A stretch of 64,000 nt of DNA from Eledone cirrhosa (GCA_964016885.1 OZ024743.1:225680001-225744000), one strand, 5' to 3'; positions 28,537 to 42,775 are shown, counted from the stretch's first letter. The notes: a model not told the origin generated them from the sequence alone. Numbers and translations: made by a program.

Positions 28537-29270
28537 TAGAGACATCTTTTCGTCACGAACGACCATGGGACATGCAACTAGAAAGTTCGTTTCTGTTGCA
28601 CCAGACCGTGCAAAGTGTTTTGTGAAAGACCAGCAGTCGCCCATGCAAACCGGGCTCTCACCATACTAGTTTGACAAAATAATTAAGGAATAAATGACAC
28701 TAATAGTGTGAGTGTGTATGTGAGTGTGTGCGTGTATACATCTGTGTGTATGTGTGAATGGGGGTACTTGCGTTGGATCTCCGTTGGTTACGACGATGTC
28801 TGTTTCAACAGTTTGATCAACTTTTAAAATTACCATTTAAGTGGCTGAGTATTCCACACACACACAACCGTCTACCTATAACAAATTCTCAGTGAGATTT
28901 AGCGTGATGCGCTGAGCGTTAACGTTCAAGTGGCCGAAGGACTAGAGTCCGGAACGTTAAGACCCTCTTCCTTCTATTTCAAGCGTTAAACTAATATATA
29001 TCTCCTCTATGTACTGTGACGTTTGTTTTGTTATGTTTCTTTACATTTTACACCCCCACACACGCACACACACACGCACAGACACACGCACACACACAAA
29101 CACACACACACGCACGCGCACACAGACATATAAGATAACAAGATATTGTTTAAGGTAATCCAAGTATTGTACAGCCGACCACGTTATTCTTCACTCTGGG
29201 CGAAACACGTGTAAGAGCGATATAAAGATATGTTTTAATGGCTTGTAACTCTTTCATTCACTTATTCATT

Positions 29271-29321
<51 letters not shown>

Positions 29322-29332
<11 letters not shown>

Positions 29333-32300
29333 AATATAGACATAGAATATTCGAAAATATTCTGTATGTTTATAATAAACATTTTGAAGACCTAATCGCT
29401 ATAGAATAGAATACGTCACGTATTACAATTATATTCTCGATAAAAGCAAGGGAAGTAATCTACGCGTTTCATTCTTGTTAGAAATCATCAGGACTACATA
29501 TCCAGTGCTTTTATCGAGAATGACACAGCTAGAGACTTATAGAATACTTAGCTGTGTACAGGAACTGGTTTGAAAGAGCGGTTGCCGGTCCGGCAGAAAT
29601 TAGAAATTGGAATAAATGCTCTGAAATAGCGATATATATGTGAATATAGACATAGAATATTCGAAAATATTCTGTATGTTTATAATAAACATTTTGAAGA
29701 CCTAATCGCTATAGAATAGAATACGTCACGTATTACAATTATATTCTCGATAAAAGCAAGGGAAGTAATCTACGCGTTTCATTCTTGTTAGAAATCATCA
29801 GGACTACATATCCAGTGCTTTTATCGAGAATGACACAGCTAGAGACTTATAGAATACTTAGCTGTGTACAGGAACTGGTTTGAAAGAGCGGTTGCCGGTC
29901 CGGCAGAAATTAGAAATTGGAATAAATGCTCTGAAATAGCGATATATATGTGAATATAGACATAGAATATTCGAAAATATTCTGTATGTTTATAATAAAC
30001 ATTTTGAAGACCTAATCGCTATAGAATAGAATACGTCACGTATTACAATTATATTCTCGATAAAAGCAAGGGAAGTAATCTACGCGTTTCATTCTTGTTA
30101 GAAATCATCAGGACTACATATCCAGTGCTTTTATCGAGAATGACACAGCTAGAGACTTATAGAATACTTAGCTGTGTACAGGAACTGGTTTGAAAGAGCG
30201 GTTGCCGGTCCGGCAGAAATTAGAAATTGGAATAAATGCTCTGAAATAGCGATATATATGTGAATATAGACATAGAATATTCGAAAATATTCTGTATGTT
30301 TATAATAAACATTTTGAAGACCTAATCGCTATAGAATAGAATACGTCACGTATTACAATTATATTCTCGATAAAAGCAAGGGAAGTAATCTACGCGTTTC
30401 ATTCTTGTTAGAAATCATCAGGACTACATATCCAGTGCTTTTATCGAGAATGACACAGCTAGAGACTTATAGAATACTTAGCTGTGTACAGGAACTGGTT
30501 TGAAAGAGCGGTTGCCGGTCCGGCAGAAATTAGAAATTGGAATAAATGCTCTGAAATAGCGATATATATGTGAATATAGACATAGAATATTCGAAAATTT
30601 CTAATTTCTGCCGGACCGGCAACCGCTCTTTCAAACCAGTTCCTGTACACAGCTAAGTATTCTATAAGTCTCTAGCTGTGTCATTCTCGATAAAAGCACT
30701 GGATATGTAGTCCTGATGATTTCTAACAAGAATGAAACGCGTAGATTACTTCCCTTGCTTTTATCGAGAATATAATTGTAATACGTGACGTATTCTATTC
30801 TATAGCGATTAGGTCTTCAAAATGTTTATTATAAACATACAGAATATTTTCGAATATTCTATGTCTATATTCACATATATATCGCTATTTCAGAGCATTT
30901 ATTCCAATTTCTAATTTCTGCCGGACCGGCAACCGCTCTTTCAAACCAGTTCCTGTACACAGCTAAGTATTCTATAAGTCTCTAGCTGTGTCATTCTCGA
31001 TAAAAGCACTGGATATGTAGTCCTGATGATTTCTAACAAGAATGAAACGCGTAGATTACTTCCCTTGCTTTTATCGAGAATATAATTGTAATACGTGACG
31101 TATTCTATTCTATAGCGATTAGGTCTTCAAAATGTTTATTATAAACATACAGAATATTTTCGAATATTCTATGTCTATATTCACATATATATCGCTATTT
31201 CAGAGCATTTATTCCAATTTCTAATTTCTGCCGGACCGGCAACCGCTCTTTCAAACCAGTTCCTGTACACAGCTAAGTATTCTATAAGTCTCTAGCTGTG
31301 TCATTCTCGATAAAAGCACTGGATATGTAGTCCTGATGATTTCTAACAAGAATGAAACGCGTAGATTACTTCCCTTGCTTTTATCGAGAATATAATTGTA
31401 ATACGTGACGTATTCTATTCTATAGCGATTAGGTCTTCAAAATGTTTATTATAAACATACAGAATATTTTCGAATATTCTATGTCTATATTCACATATAT
31501 ATCGCTATTTCAGAGCATTTATTCCAATTTCTAATTTCTGCCGGACCGGCAACCGCTCTTTCAAACCAGTTCCTGTACACAGCTAAGTATTCTATAAGTC
31601 TCTAGCTGTGTCATTCTCGATAAAAGCACTGGATATGTAGTCCTGATGATTTCTAACAAGAATGAAACGCGTAGATTACTTCCCTTGCTTTTATCGAGAA
31701 TATAATTGTAATACGTGACGTATTCTATTCTATAGCGATTAGGTCTTCAAAATGTTTATTATAAACATACAGAATATTTTCGAATATTCTATGTCTATAT
31801 TCACATATATATCGCTATTTCAGAGCATTTATTCCAATTTCTAATTTCTGCCGGACCGGCAACCGCTCTTTCAAACCAGTTCCTGTACACAGCTAAGTAT
31901 TCTATAAGTCTCTAGCTGTGTCATTCTCGATAAAAGCACTGGATATGTAGTCCTGATGATTTCTAACAAGAATGAAACGCGTAGATTACTTCCCTTGCTT
32001 TTATCGAGAATATAATTGTAATACGTGACGTATTCTATTCTATAGCGATTAGGTCTTCAAAATGTTTATTATAAACATACAGAATATTTTCGAATATTCT
32101 ATGTCTATATTCACATATATATCGCTATTTCAGAGCATTTATTCCAATTTCTAATTTCTGCCGGACCGGCAACCGCTCTTTCAAACCAGTTCCTGTACAC
32201 AGCTAAGTATTCTATAAGTCTCTAGCTGTGTCATTCTCGATAAAAGCACTGGATATGTAGTCCTGATGATTTCTAACAAGAATGAAACGCGTAGATTACT

Positions 32301-35300
32301 TCCCTTGCTTTTATCGAGAATATAATTGTAATACGTGACGTATTCTATTCTATAGCGATTAGGTCTTCAAAATGTTTATTATAAACATACAGAATATTTT
32401 CGAATATTCTATGTCTATATTCACATATATATCGCTATTTCAGAGCATTTATTCCAATTTCTAATTTCTGCCGGACCGGCAACCGCTCTTTCAAACCAGT
32501 TCCTGTACACAGCTAAGTATTCTATAAGTCTCTAGCTGTGTCATTCTCGATAAAAGCACTGGATATGTAGTCCTGATGATTTCTAACAAGAATGAAACGC
32601 GTAGATTACTTCCCTTGCTTTTATCGAGAATATAATTGTAATACGTGACGTATTCTATTCTATAGCGATTAGGTCTTCAAAATGTTTATTATAAACATAC
32701 AGAATATTTTCGAATATTCTATGTCTATATTCACATATATATCGCTATTTCAGAGCATTTATTCCAATTTCTAATTTCTGCCGGACCGGCAACCGCTCTT
32801 TCAAACCAGTTCATGTACACAGCTAAGTATTCTATAAGTCTCTAGCTGTGTCATTCTCGATAAAAGCACTGGATATGTAGTCCTGATGATTTCTAACAAG
32901 AATGAAACGCGTAGATTACTTCCCTTGCTTTTATCGAGAATATAATTGTAATACGTGACGTATTCTATTCTATAGCGATTAGGTCTTCAAAATGTTTATT
33001 ATAAACATACAGAATATTTTCGAATATTCTATGTCTATATTCACATATATATCGCTATTTCAGAGCATTTATTCCAATTTCTAATTTCTGCCGGACCGGC
33101 AACCGCTCTTTCAAACCAGTTCCTGTACACAGCTAAGTATTCTATAAGTCTCTAGCTGTGTCATTCTCGATAAAAGCACTGGATATGTAGTCCTGATGAT
33201 TTCTAACAAGAATGAAACGCGTAGATTACTTCCCTTGCTTTTATCGAGAATATAATTGTAATACGTGACGTATTCTATTCTATAGCGATTAGGTCTTCAA
33301 AATGTTTATTATAAACATACAGAATATTTTCGAATATTCTATGTCTATATTCACATATATATCGCTATTTCAGAGCATTTATTCCAATTTCTAATTTCTG
33401 CCGGACCGGCAACCGCTCTTTCAAACCAGTTCCTGTACACAGCTAAGTATTCTATAAGTCTCTAGCTGTGTCATTCTCGATAAAAGCACTGGATATGTAG
33501 TCCTGATGATTTCTAACAAGAATGAAACGCGTAGATTACTTCCCTTGCTTTTATCGAGAATATAATTGTAATACGTGACGTATTCTATTCTATAGCGATT
33601 AGGTCTTCAAAATGTTTATTATAAACATACAGAATATTTTCGAATATTCTATGTCTATATTCACATATATATCGCTATTTCAGAGCATTTATTCCAATTT
33701 CTAATTTCTGCCGGACCGGCAACCGCTCTTTCAAACCAGTTCCTGTACACAGCTAAGTATTCTATAAGTCTCTAGCTGTGTCATTCTCGATAAAAGCACT
33801 GGATATGTAGTCCTGATGATTTCTAACAAGAATGAAACGCGTAGATTACTTCCCTTGCTTTTATCGAGAATATAATTGTAATACGTGACGTATTCTATTC
33901 TATAGCGATTAGGTCTTCAAAATGTTTATTATAAACATACAGAATATTTTCGAATATTCTGTCTATATTCACATATATATCGCTATTTCAGAGCATTTAT
34001 TCCAATTTCTAATTTCTGCCGGACCGGCAACCGCTCTTTCAAACCAGTTCCTGTACACAGCTAAGTATTCTATAAGTCTCTAGCTGTGTCATTCTCGATA
34101 AAAGCACTGGATATGTAGTCCTGATGATTTCTAACAAGAATGAAACGCGTAGATTACTTCCCTTGCTTTTATCGAGAATATAATTGTAATACGTGACGTA
34201 TTCTATTCTATAGCGATTAGGTCTTCAAAATGTTTATTATAAACATACAGAATATTTTCGAATATTCTATGTCTATATTCACATATATATCGCTATTTCA
34301 GAGCATTTATTCCAATTTCTAATTTCTGCCGGACCGGCAACCGCTCTTTCAAACCAGTTCCTGTACACAGCTAAGTATTCTATAAGTCTCTAGCTGTGTC
34401 ATTCTCGATAAAAGCACTGGATATGTAGTCCTGATGATTTCTAACAAGAATGAAACGCGTAGATTACTTCCCTTGCTTTTATCGAGAATATAATTGTAAT
34501 ACGTGACGTATTCTATTCTATAGCGATTAGGTCTTCAAAATGTTTATTATAAACATACAGAATATTTTCGAATATTCTATGTCTATATTCACATATATAT
34601 CGCTATTTCAGAGCATTTATTCCAATTTCTAATTTCTGCCGGACCGGCAACCGCTCTTTCAAACCAGTTCCTGTACACAGCTAAGTATTCTATAAGTCTC
34701 TAGCTGTGTCATTCTCGATAAAAGCACTGGATATGTAGTCCTGATGATTTCTAACAAGAATGAAACGCGTAGATTACTTCCCTTGCTTTTATCGAGAATA
34801 TAATTGTAATACGTGACGTATTCTATTCTATAGCGATTAGGTCTTCAAAATGTTTATTATAAACATACAGAATATTTTCGAATATTCTATGTCTATATTC
34901 ACATATATATCGCTATTTCAGAGCATTTATTCCAATTTCTAATTTCTGCCGGACCGGCAACCGCTCTTTCAAACCAGTTCCTGTACACAGCTAAGTATTC
35001 TATAAGTCTCTAGCTGTGTCATTCTCGATAAAAGCACTGGATATGTAGTCCTGATGATTTCTAACAAGAATGAAACGCGTAGATTACTTCCCTTGCTTTT
35101 ATCGAGAATATAATTGTAATACGTGACGTATTCTATTCTATAGCGATTAGGTCTTCAAAATGTTTATTATAAACATACAGAATATTTTCGAATATTCTAT
35201 GTCTATATTCACATATATATCGCTATTTCAGAGCATTTATTCCAATTTCTAATTTCTGCCGGACCGGCAACCGCTCTTTCAAACCAGTTCCTGTACACAG

Positions 35301-36488
35301 CTAAGTATTCTATAAGTCTCTAGCTGTGTCATTCTCGATAAAAGCACTGGATATGTAGTCCTGATGATTTCTAACAAGAATGAAACGCGTAGATTACTTC
35401 CCTTGCTTTTATCGAGAATATAATTGTAATACGTGACGTATTCTATTCTATAGCGATTAGGTCTTCAAAATGTTTATTATAAACATACAGAATATTTTCG
35501 AATATTCTATGTCTATATTCACATATATATCGCTATTTCAGAGCATTTATTCCAATTTCTAATTTCTGCCGGACCGGCAACCGCTCTTTCAAACCAGTTC
35601 CTGTACACAGCTAAGTATTCTATAAGTCTCTAGCTGTGTCATTCTCGATAAAAGCACTGGATATGTAGTCCTGATGATTTCTAACAAGAATGAAACGCGT
35701 AGATTACTTCCCTTGCTTTTATCGAGAATATAATTGTAATACGTGACGTATTCTATTCTATAGCGATTAGGTCTTCAAAATGTTTATTATAAACATACAG
35801 AATATTTTCGAATATTCTATGTCTATATTCACATATATATCGCTATTTCAGAGCATTTATTCCAATTTCTAATTTCTGCCGGACCGGCAACCGCTCTTTC
35901 AAACCAGTTCCTGTACACAGCTAAGTATTCTATAAGTCTCTAGCTGTGTCATTCTCGATAAAAGCACTGGATATGTAGTCCTGATGATTTCTAACAAGAA
36001 TGAAACGCGTAGATTACTTCCCTTGCTTTTATCGAGAATATAATTGTAATACGTGACGTATTCTATTCTATAGCGATTAGGTCTTCAAAATGTTTATTAT
36101 AAACATACAGAATATTTTCGAATATTCTATGTCTATATTCACATATATATCGCTATTTCAGAGCATTTATTCCAATTTCTAATTTCTGCCGGACCGGCAA
36201 CCGCTCTTTCAAACCAGTTCCTGTACACAGCTAAGTATTCTATAAGTCTCTAGCTGTGTCATTCTCGATAAAAGCACTGGATATGTAGTCCTGATGATTT
36301 CTAACAAGAATGAAACGCGTAGATTACTTCCCTTGCTTTTATCGAGAATATAATTGTAATACGTGACGTATTCTATTCTATAGCGATTAGGTCTTCAAAA
36401 TGTTTATTATAAACATACAGAATATTTTCGAATATTCTATGTCTATATTCACATATATATCGCTATTTCAGAGCATTTATTCCAATTT
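29322..36488. repeat. Tandem array of a 310-bp hammerhead-containing unit inserted in (TA)n, ~4.1 inverted plus 19 direct units
   Basis: TGAATATAGA at 29331, 29641, 29951, 30261, 30571. Inversion at ~30596-30598 (AAT microhomology). CTAATTTCTG at 30601+310n. Only a substitution at 32813 and a 2-nt deletion at ~33960 seen. (TA)n on both sides. Confidence 0.98.
30707..30749 (+). ncRNA. Type I hammerhead ribozyme (19 copies on +, 4 on -, first at 29455-29497)
   Basis: GTAGTC-CTGATGA-T-TTCT-AACA-AGAA-T-GAAA-CGCG-TA^-GATTAC. Stem I is extended by ATTCTCGATAAAAGCA/TGCTTTTATCGAGAAT. Confidence 0.9.
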
Positions 36489-36503
36489 ATATATATATAT
36501 ATT

Positions 36504-36577
<74 letters not shown>

Positions 36578-36583
<6 letters not shown>

Positions 36584-37320
36584 TTGGAGCTCTGAAATAG
36601 CAATATATATATGGATGTATATATAATGTATTTTGCAATACACTTTATGCTTAATTAAAAGCATTTTGAAGACCGTAAGCTATTGTTTTAAAGTAGTGAC
36701 AAATTCACTTACTTTGATCTCAGCAAACAGGGGAGATAAGCCGACAAGGCCCTGTTTCGCTTTGGTTGAAGCTTATCAAGGCTAACTACCCCTCCTGTCT
36801 ACCGAGATCACTGATGTTATAGACAGAAGGGGTAGTTAGCCTTGATAAGCTTCAACCAAAGCGAAACAGGGCCTTGTCGGCTTATCTCCCCTTTTTGCTG
36901 TGATCAAAGTAAGTGAATTTGTCACTACTTTAAAACAATAGCTTACGGTCTTTAAAATGCTTTTAATTAAGCATAAAGTGTATTGCAAAATACATTATAT
37001 ATACATCCATATATATATTGCTATTTCAGAGCTCCAATTCTAATTTTTAATTTCTGCCTGACCAACAACCGCTCTGCATAATCAGCTCCTGATTATTTAC
37101 TAGATTTCTATAAGAATATAACATCAGTGATCTCGGTAGACAGGAGGGGTAGTTAGCCTTGATAAGCTTCAACCAAAGCGAAACAGGGCCTTGTCGGCTT
37201 ATCTCCCCTGTTTGCTGAGATCAAAGTAAGTGAATTTGTCACTACTTTAAAACAATAGCTTACGGTCTTCAAAATGCTTTTAATTAAGTATAAAATGTAT
37301 TGCAAAATACATTATATATA
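36578..37320. mobile_element. Fold-back partial-tandem insert (~317-bp unit) related to the 310-bp family, three HHRs
   Basis: 36578-36821 inverted, then ~1.6 direct units (CTTGATAAGC at 36841 and 37158). Shares GCTATTTCAGAGC, TCCAATT and AATTTCTGCC.GACC..CAACCGCTCT with the 310-bp unit. (TA)n flanks. Confidence 0.88.
36828..36892 (+). ncRNA. Type I hammerhead ribozyme, U3-A8 variant (also 37145-37209 on + and ~36729-36793 on -)
   Basis: AGGGG..AGCC-TTGATAA-GCTT-CAACCA-AAGC-GAAA-CAGGGCCTTG-TC^-GGCT..CCCCT. Confidence 0.85.
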
Positions 37321-37679
37321 CATATATATATATATATATACAGTGGCGGACGGGCCAGGTTGCCAGGTTGCCCAATGGCAAGTGTGGGCCCCAGGACCCA
37401 TGGTAGCATTGCAAGAGACACAGTAGCATTGCAGGGCCTACTGTAGTATTTTAGGGGCCAATGCTTTGCTTTGCTTTCAAAAAATACCTGAAATCTAAGT
37501 GAAAGAATAAAACATTTGGTCAACCAATTCCCCAGGGAATTACTAGAAACCAAAATATACGATGGGGCAAATAGCTGGAATCAGTGGTTGTAAATTCTAC
37601 TAAATCTAAAGCGTAGTGTATTCATTCACGCATGCAAACATACATATATAGACACAGACACACAAGCATATATATATAT

Positions 37680-37900
<221 letters not shown>

Positions 37901-39006
37901 GAGGTTTCCTTTATATGACTACTTGAAACTCCTTTAAGAAACTTTTTTTCTTGAAAAACTTACTGAAGGGTTTAAGAAAATCTTTTGAAAATTCCTTTGA
38001 AAGATATAGAAAAACTCTATTTTTATATTTTTATATTCTTATATTTTCAAAGTTTTTAATATATATATGCAAATGTTTATATATATGTGGAAAAACATAT
38101 GTTTTTTTTGTATATATGTGGAGTAACCTATTGTTTATGCTTTAAATATATTCTTAAGAAATTCTTTTTAAATGTTCTAACATTATAGCAAGTAAATTTA
38201 TGACTTCGTATAAAATAACATAAGGTTCATGTTCTAATTACATTCTTAAGATAGAAAATTTAACTTCTTAACTTTATAGCATTTAATCCTTAGAGTCATC
38301 TGAGTTCTTAAAAAATCACTTATAACTTCCTTTACGCTTCTTTACTGTTTTTATAATATAACTAAGTGGTTATTCTTTTGTAAACTCTCGAAAATTTTCC
38401 ATAAATTTAGAATTATTTGGATGTTTAAAACTTTTGACTTACAACTTTTAATAAAATAAACTATAATATATATTTTTTAATAATTTATAATCCTTAACAT
38501 ACACATCTAAACTAATTATTAAATTATTAAATTAAACATTTAATCAAATTTTTTCAACCTATCATTATAAATATTATAATCAAAACATAACGAATCCTGC
38601 ATTATAAATATTATTCCTCCACGCTATCCTCATTTCTTCTTTTTTCCTCTCACGTAAATATACTTACGCTGTATTTGTCCTTTGTAACTAATATTTTCTC
38701 TCACTTAAAAATATAATTACGCTCTTCACTTCACACTATTTTCACTGTCAAAAATATATATAATCGTTCCTTCTTTTTTTCTTTCTTTCTTTTTTTCTCT
38801 CTCCCTCACAACATCACCTTCTTCCAACAGTTTAATTTGAATAAACCGTTATCGTTTCAACCTTTCTGACACTCATTTGCATACTCAATCATAACCTTAT
38901 ATCACCCTCAATAAATCTAATATCTCCACTATCCAGGAAGCTCCAACCGTTAAGGTTGTCTTTTTCAGGGTTTGTCAATATTTATTTATAAAACAAATCT
39001 GTATTG

Positions 39007-39072
39007 TATTTTATCTGATGAAAGCGCACCATAATTTGCCTTGGTGGCCCTTGAAATATGTATAATGAAATA
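39007..39072 (+). ncRNA. Type I hammerhead ribozyme at the end of an AT-rich (TA)n insert (37898-39113)
   Basis: TATTTTAT-CTGATGA-AAG..CACCA..TGGTG..CTT-GAAA-TATGTA-TA^-ATGAAATA. 8-bp stem I. Confidence 0.75.
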
Positions 39073-39127
39073 AATATGGTTTTATAAATATAGTTTCCAT
39101 TCGTTAATATATTGTATATATATATAT

Positions 39128-39750
39128 AGTGTTATGCTTTGGGAGGGTCATGTTGCCAATAAGAAACACACGCACCAGTTGCTTTCACTTCAATTTATTA
39201 TAAATTAAATTTATAAATTTAGGAATTTATAAATTTCCGGTTGGTTGGTTGGTTCCACAACCAGGCGATTGTTCATATATTGTCAAAGTTCTTTCGTCAC
39301 ACATTCTGTGACCTCTTCAGTGACTGGGGATTCTTTTCTTTGTTTTTTGTGCCTCTCCTTTGTTCTGTCCTACGCCATCTTGTTTTTGTGTGCTTAGTTT
39401 GCGCATGTGTTACATCCGGGTGTCTGAGTGTGTTTATAAATTTATTTATTTGTTTATATACATGATACTGGTTGGTTGTTTGTTCTATCTGTGTGTGTGT
39501 TTTCATTTTGTCCTTAATTGTAAGCTGTGATGTTGCTGTTCCGTTCATGTTTTCTATTTAATTTTGGTTGGAGTTCATTTACGTTTATTGCCTCTGTGAT
39601 TTGTCTAAACATTGCGTCTTTTCTGTGTGTAGATTCTATTTTTATTTCTATGTTCTCTAATTTACCCTTATGTTCTATTTTAGCATGTTGGTGGACTACA
39701 GATGATTCTTTACTATCTTGAGGCTCTCGCCAGTGTTCATTTATTAATAA
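39128..39750 (-). mobile_element. PLE 3' end: GIY-YIG C-terminus (39514-~39750) plus pLTR
   Basis: NEH...SSVVHQHAKIEH...IEIKIESTHRKDAMFRQITEAINVNELQPKLNRKHE resembles the PLE endonuclease C-terminus. HHR-like motif downstream. Lies in (TA)n. Confidence 0.8.
39283..39324 (-). ncRNA. Minimal hammerhead-like motif in the PLE pLTR
   Basis: Minus strand: GTCA-CTGAAGA-G-GTCAC..GTGAC-GAAA-GAAC-TT^-TGAC. Stem III is weak. Confidence 0.65.
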
Positions 39751-39816
39751 ATGAATACCAAATATTATTTGGTCAGTAGTCCGTGTAATTATATACATAT
39801 ACATATATATATATAT

Positions 39817-39895
<79 letters not shown>

Positions 39896-39897
<2 letters not shown>

Positions 39898-40512
39898 AGA
39901 GTATTGAAGTTTGCTTGAAGCATTGTGGAACAATAAGTAAATATCTTTAAGTCGTTTGGAAGCTTCGACAATGCAAATGGGTAAATCTCCGGGTAACAAG
40001 GTCCGATGGTCCGATGGTGGAGAGAGAGATGTAAGTGGGTGTACGTTGAGATGCGTGGTGTGTATAAGATGTGTGAGATGTGTAGAATGAAGGGATGAGT
40101 ATAAAGGATAAAATTAAGAATAACAACACAAGAGAGAGTTACCTTGGGAGAGATTTAATAGTTCCTATATATTTCGGATTCACATCCATCAACTGGGTTT
40201 TTTTTTCCGGGGTGGGGGAAAAGGTTGTCTGTCGGATTGTCCGACAGACAACCTTTTCCCCCACCCCGGAAAAAAACCCCAGTTGATGGATGTGAATGCG
40301 AAATATATAGGGACTATTACATCTCTCCCAAGGTAACTCTCTCTCGTGTTGTTATTTTATTTTACCCTTTATACTCTTTCCTTCATTCTTCCACACATCT
40401 CATACACACCACGCATCTCAACGTACACCCACTTACATCTTTCTCTCCCCCACCGGACCTTGTTACCCGGAGATTTACCCATTTGCATTGTCGAGGCTTC
40501 CAAACGACTTAA

Positions 40513-40514
<2 letters not shown>
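39896..40514. mobile_element. Fold-back insert in (TA)n (~290-bp arms, 3-nt loop, ~45-nt left tail)
   Basis: ~39941-40236 is the approximate reverse complement of 40240-40514, with several differences. Confidence 0.85.
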
Positions 40515-41400
<886 letters not shown>

Positions 41401-41511
41401 ATAATTACACGGACTACTGACCAAATATTATTTGGTATCAATGGGTTAAAGACATCTGTCAAATCAATTAGTGGTGAAGGTATAGATATATAGATACACA
41501 CACACACAGAT

Positions 41512-41569
<58 letters not shown>

Positions 41570-42031
41570 TGAGTGAAAGACCAAAGGTCATTATTGAAAG
41601 TCTCTGGATTTCGCAAAATACATAATATTTTTTATTGAAGAAGGTAAGATATTTTTCTGCAAAAATTTGATTGCACTGTTTTGTTCCCATTTATGTATTT
41701 TTGAAAATGTCATTTATTCATTATAAAAATTAAATGATAGCATTCTATATGTAGGTAGGCCCTCTTCATCTGGCAACCAATATTTTTAGACCTAGTCTGC
41801 CACTGTATATATAATGCCAATCATTGTAAGTTTGGATCTAACTGACATGCAAAAACATATATATAGGAATAAGGTAAGCCCAAATCATAGTAGATTCAAA
41901 TATCACAAAGAGAAAGAGAGAGAGAAGGGGAGGGGTGAGAAATGAGGTGGAACAGAAATGAAACATGGATTGAAGGTTAAAATATAGTCTAGATAGATGT
42001 GAAACAAAACGAGGATGTAGTTTATGGAACA

Positions 42032-42499
42032 CCCAAATGATTTAGTAGTCGACCTTAAGTAGGAGCAATAACATTATGAAAGACATGTACGATACCGCAA
42101 TGTTCTGTTTTGAACATTTTGAAAGTAGGTTTATAAGTATGAATTTTCATAAGATTTACGTAGTTGTCGCTGTGGCCTAGCGGTAGGTACTAGAGACGGT
42201 GGAGATCCTGTCCTTGGGTTCAATCCTGGTCAAGAGGTACATGTAACCGTTTTCTGTTTTATTTTACAACCAATTGAAAAAAGACTGAAAAAGTTTACCG
42301 GGAACCCTACTCAGGACCAGGATCGAACTTCAGACCAGAATCACCACCGTCTATGATTCCACCGAGACAGCCTCAAGAGTATAATGAAAATTGATAATTA
42401 TAAACCTACTTTCAAAATCAAAGTTAAAAATATGTGGAGTTGTTCATGGCTTTCCTAGAGCTATTAATAATATTTAGGGTAGACTTCTAGTCATTATTG
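42032..42499. mobile_element. Old palindromic MITE-like element with tRNA-like arms
   Basis: TTTTGAAAGTAGGTTTATAA (~42117) and TTATAAACCTACTTTCAAAA (~42399) are inverted. A-box TGGCCTAGCGG and B-box GGTTCAATCC at ~42173-42226, with a diverged inverted counterpart at ~42310-42352. Confidence 0.6.
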
Positions 42500-42711
42500 A
42501 AAGTCTCTGAAATTCGCAAAATACATAATATTTTTTATTGGAGAAGGTAAGATATTTTTCCGCAAAAATTTGATTGTACTGTTTTATTTCCACTTATGTA
42601 ATTTTCGAAAATGTTATATATTCATTATAAAAATTAAATGATAGCATTCTATATGTAGGTGGGCCCCTTCTTCATTTCCTGGCAACCAATATTTTTAGAT
42701 CCAGTCCGCCA

Positions 42712-42775
<64 letters not shown>

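Noticed and set aside
29165-29225. GAAA-CACGTG-TA resembling an HHR 3' half
   Set aside because: No upstream CUGANGA; at most a decayed remnant.
29322-36488. CRISPR array or ordinary centromeric satellite
   Set aside because: No variable spacers or cas genes, eukaryotic context, and it is a discrete TA-flanked insert with one ribozyme per unit.
42165-42235. tRNA gene
   Set aside because: A/B boxes only, no convincing cloverleaf; it lies within a repeat arm.
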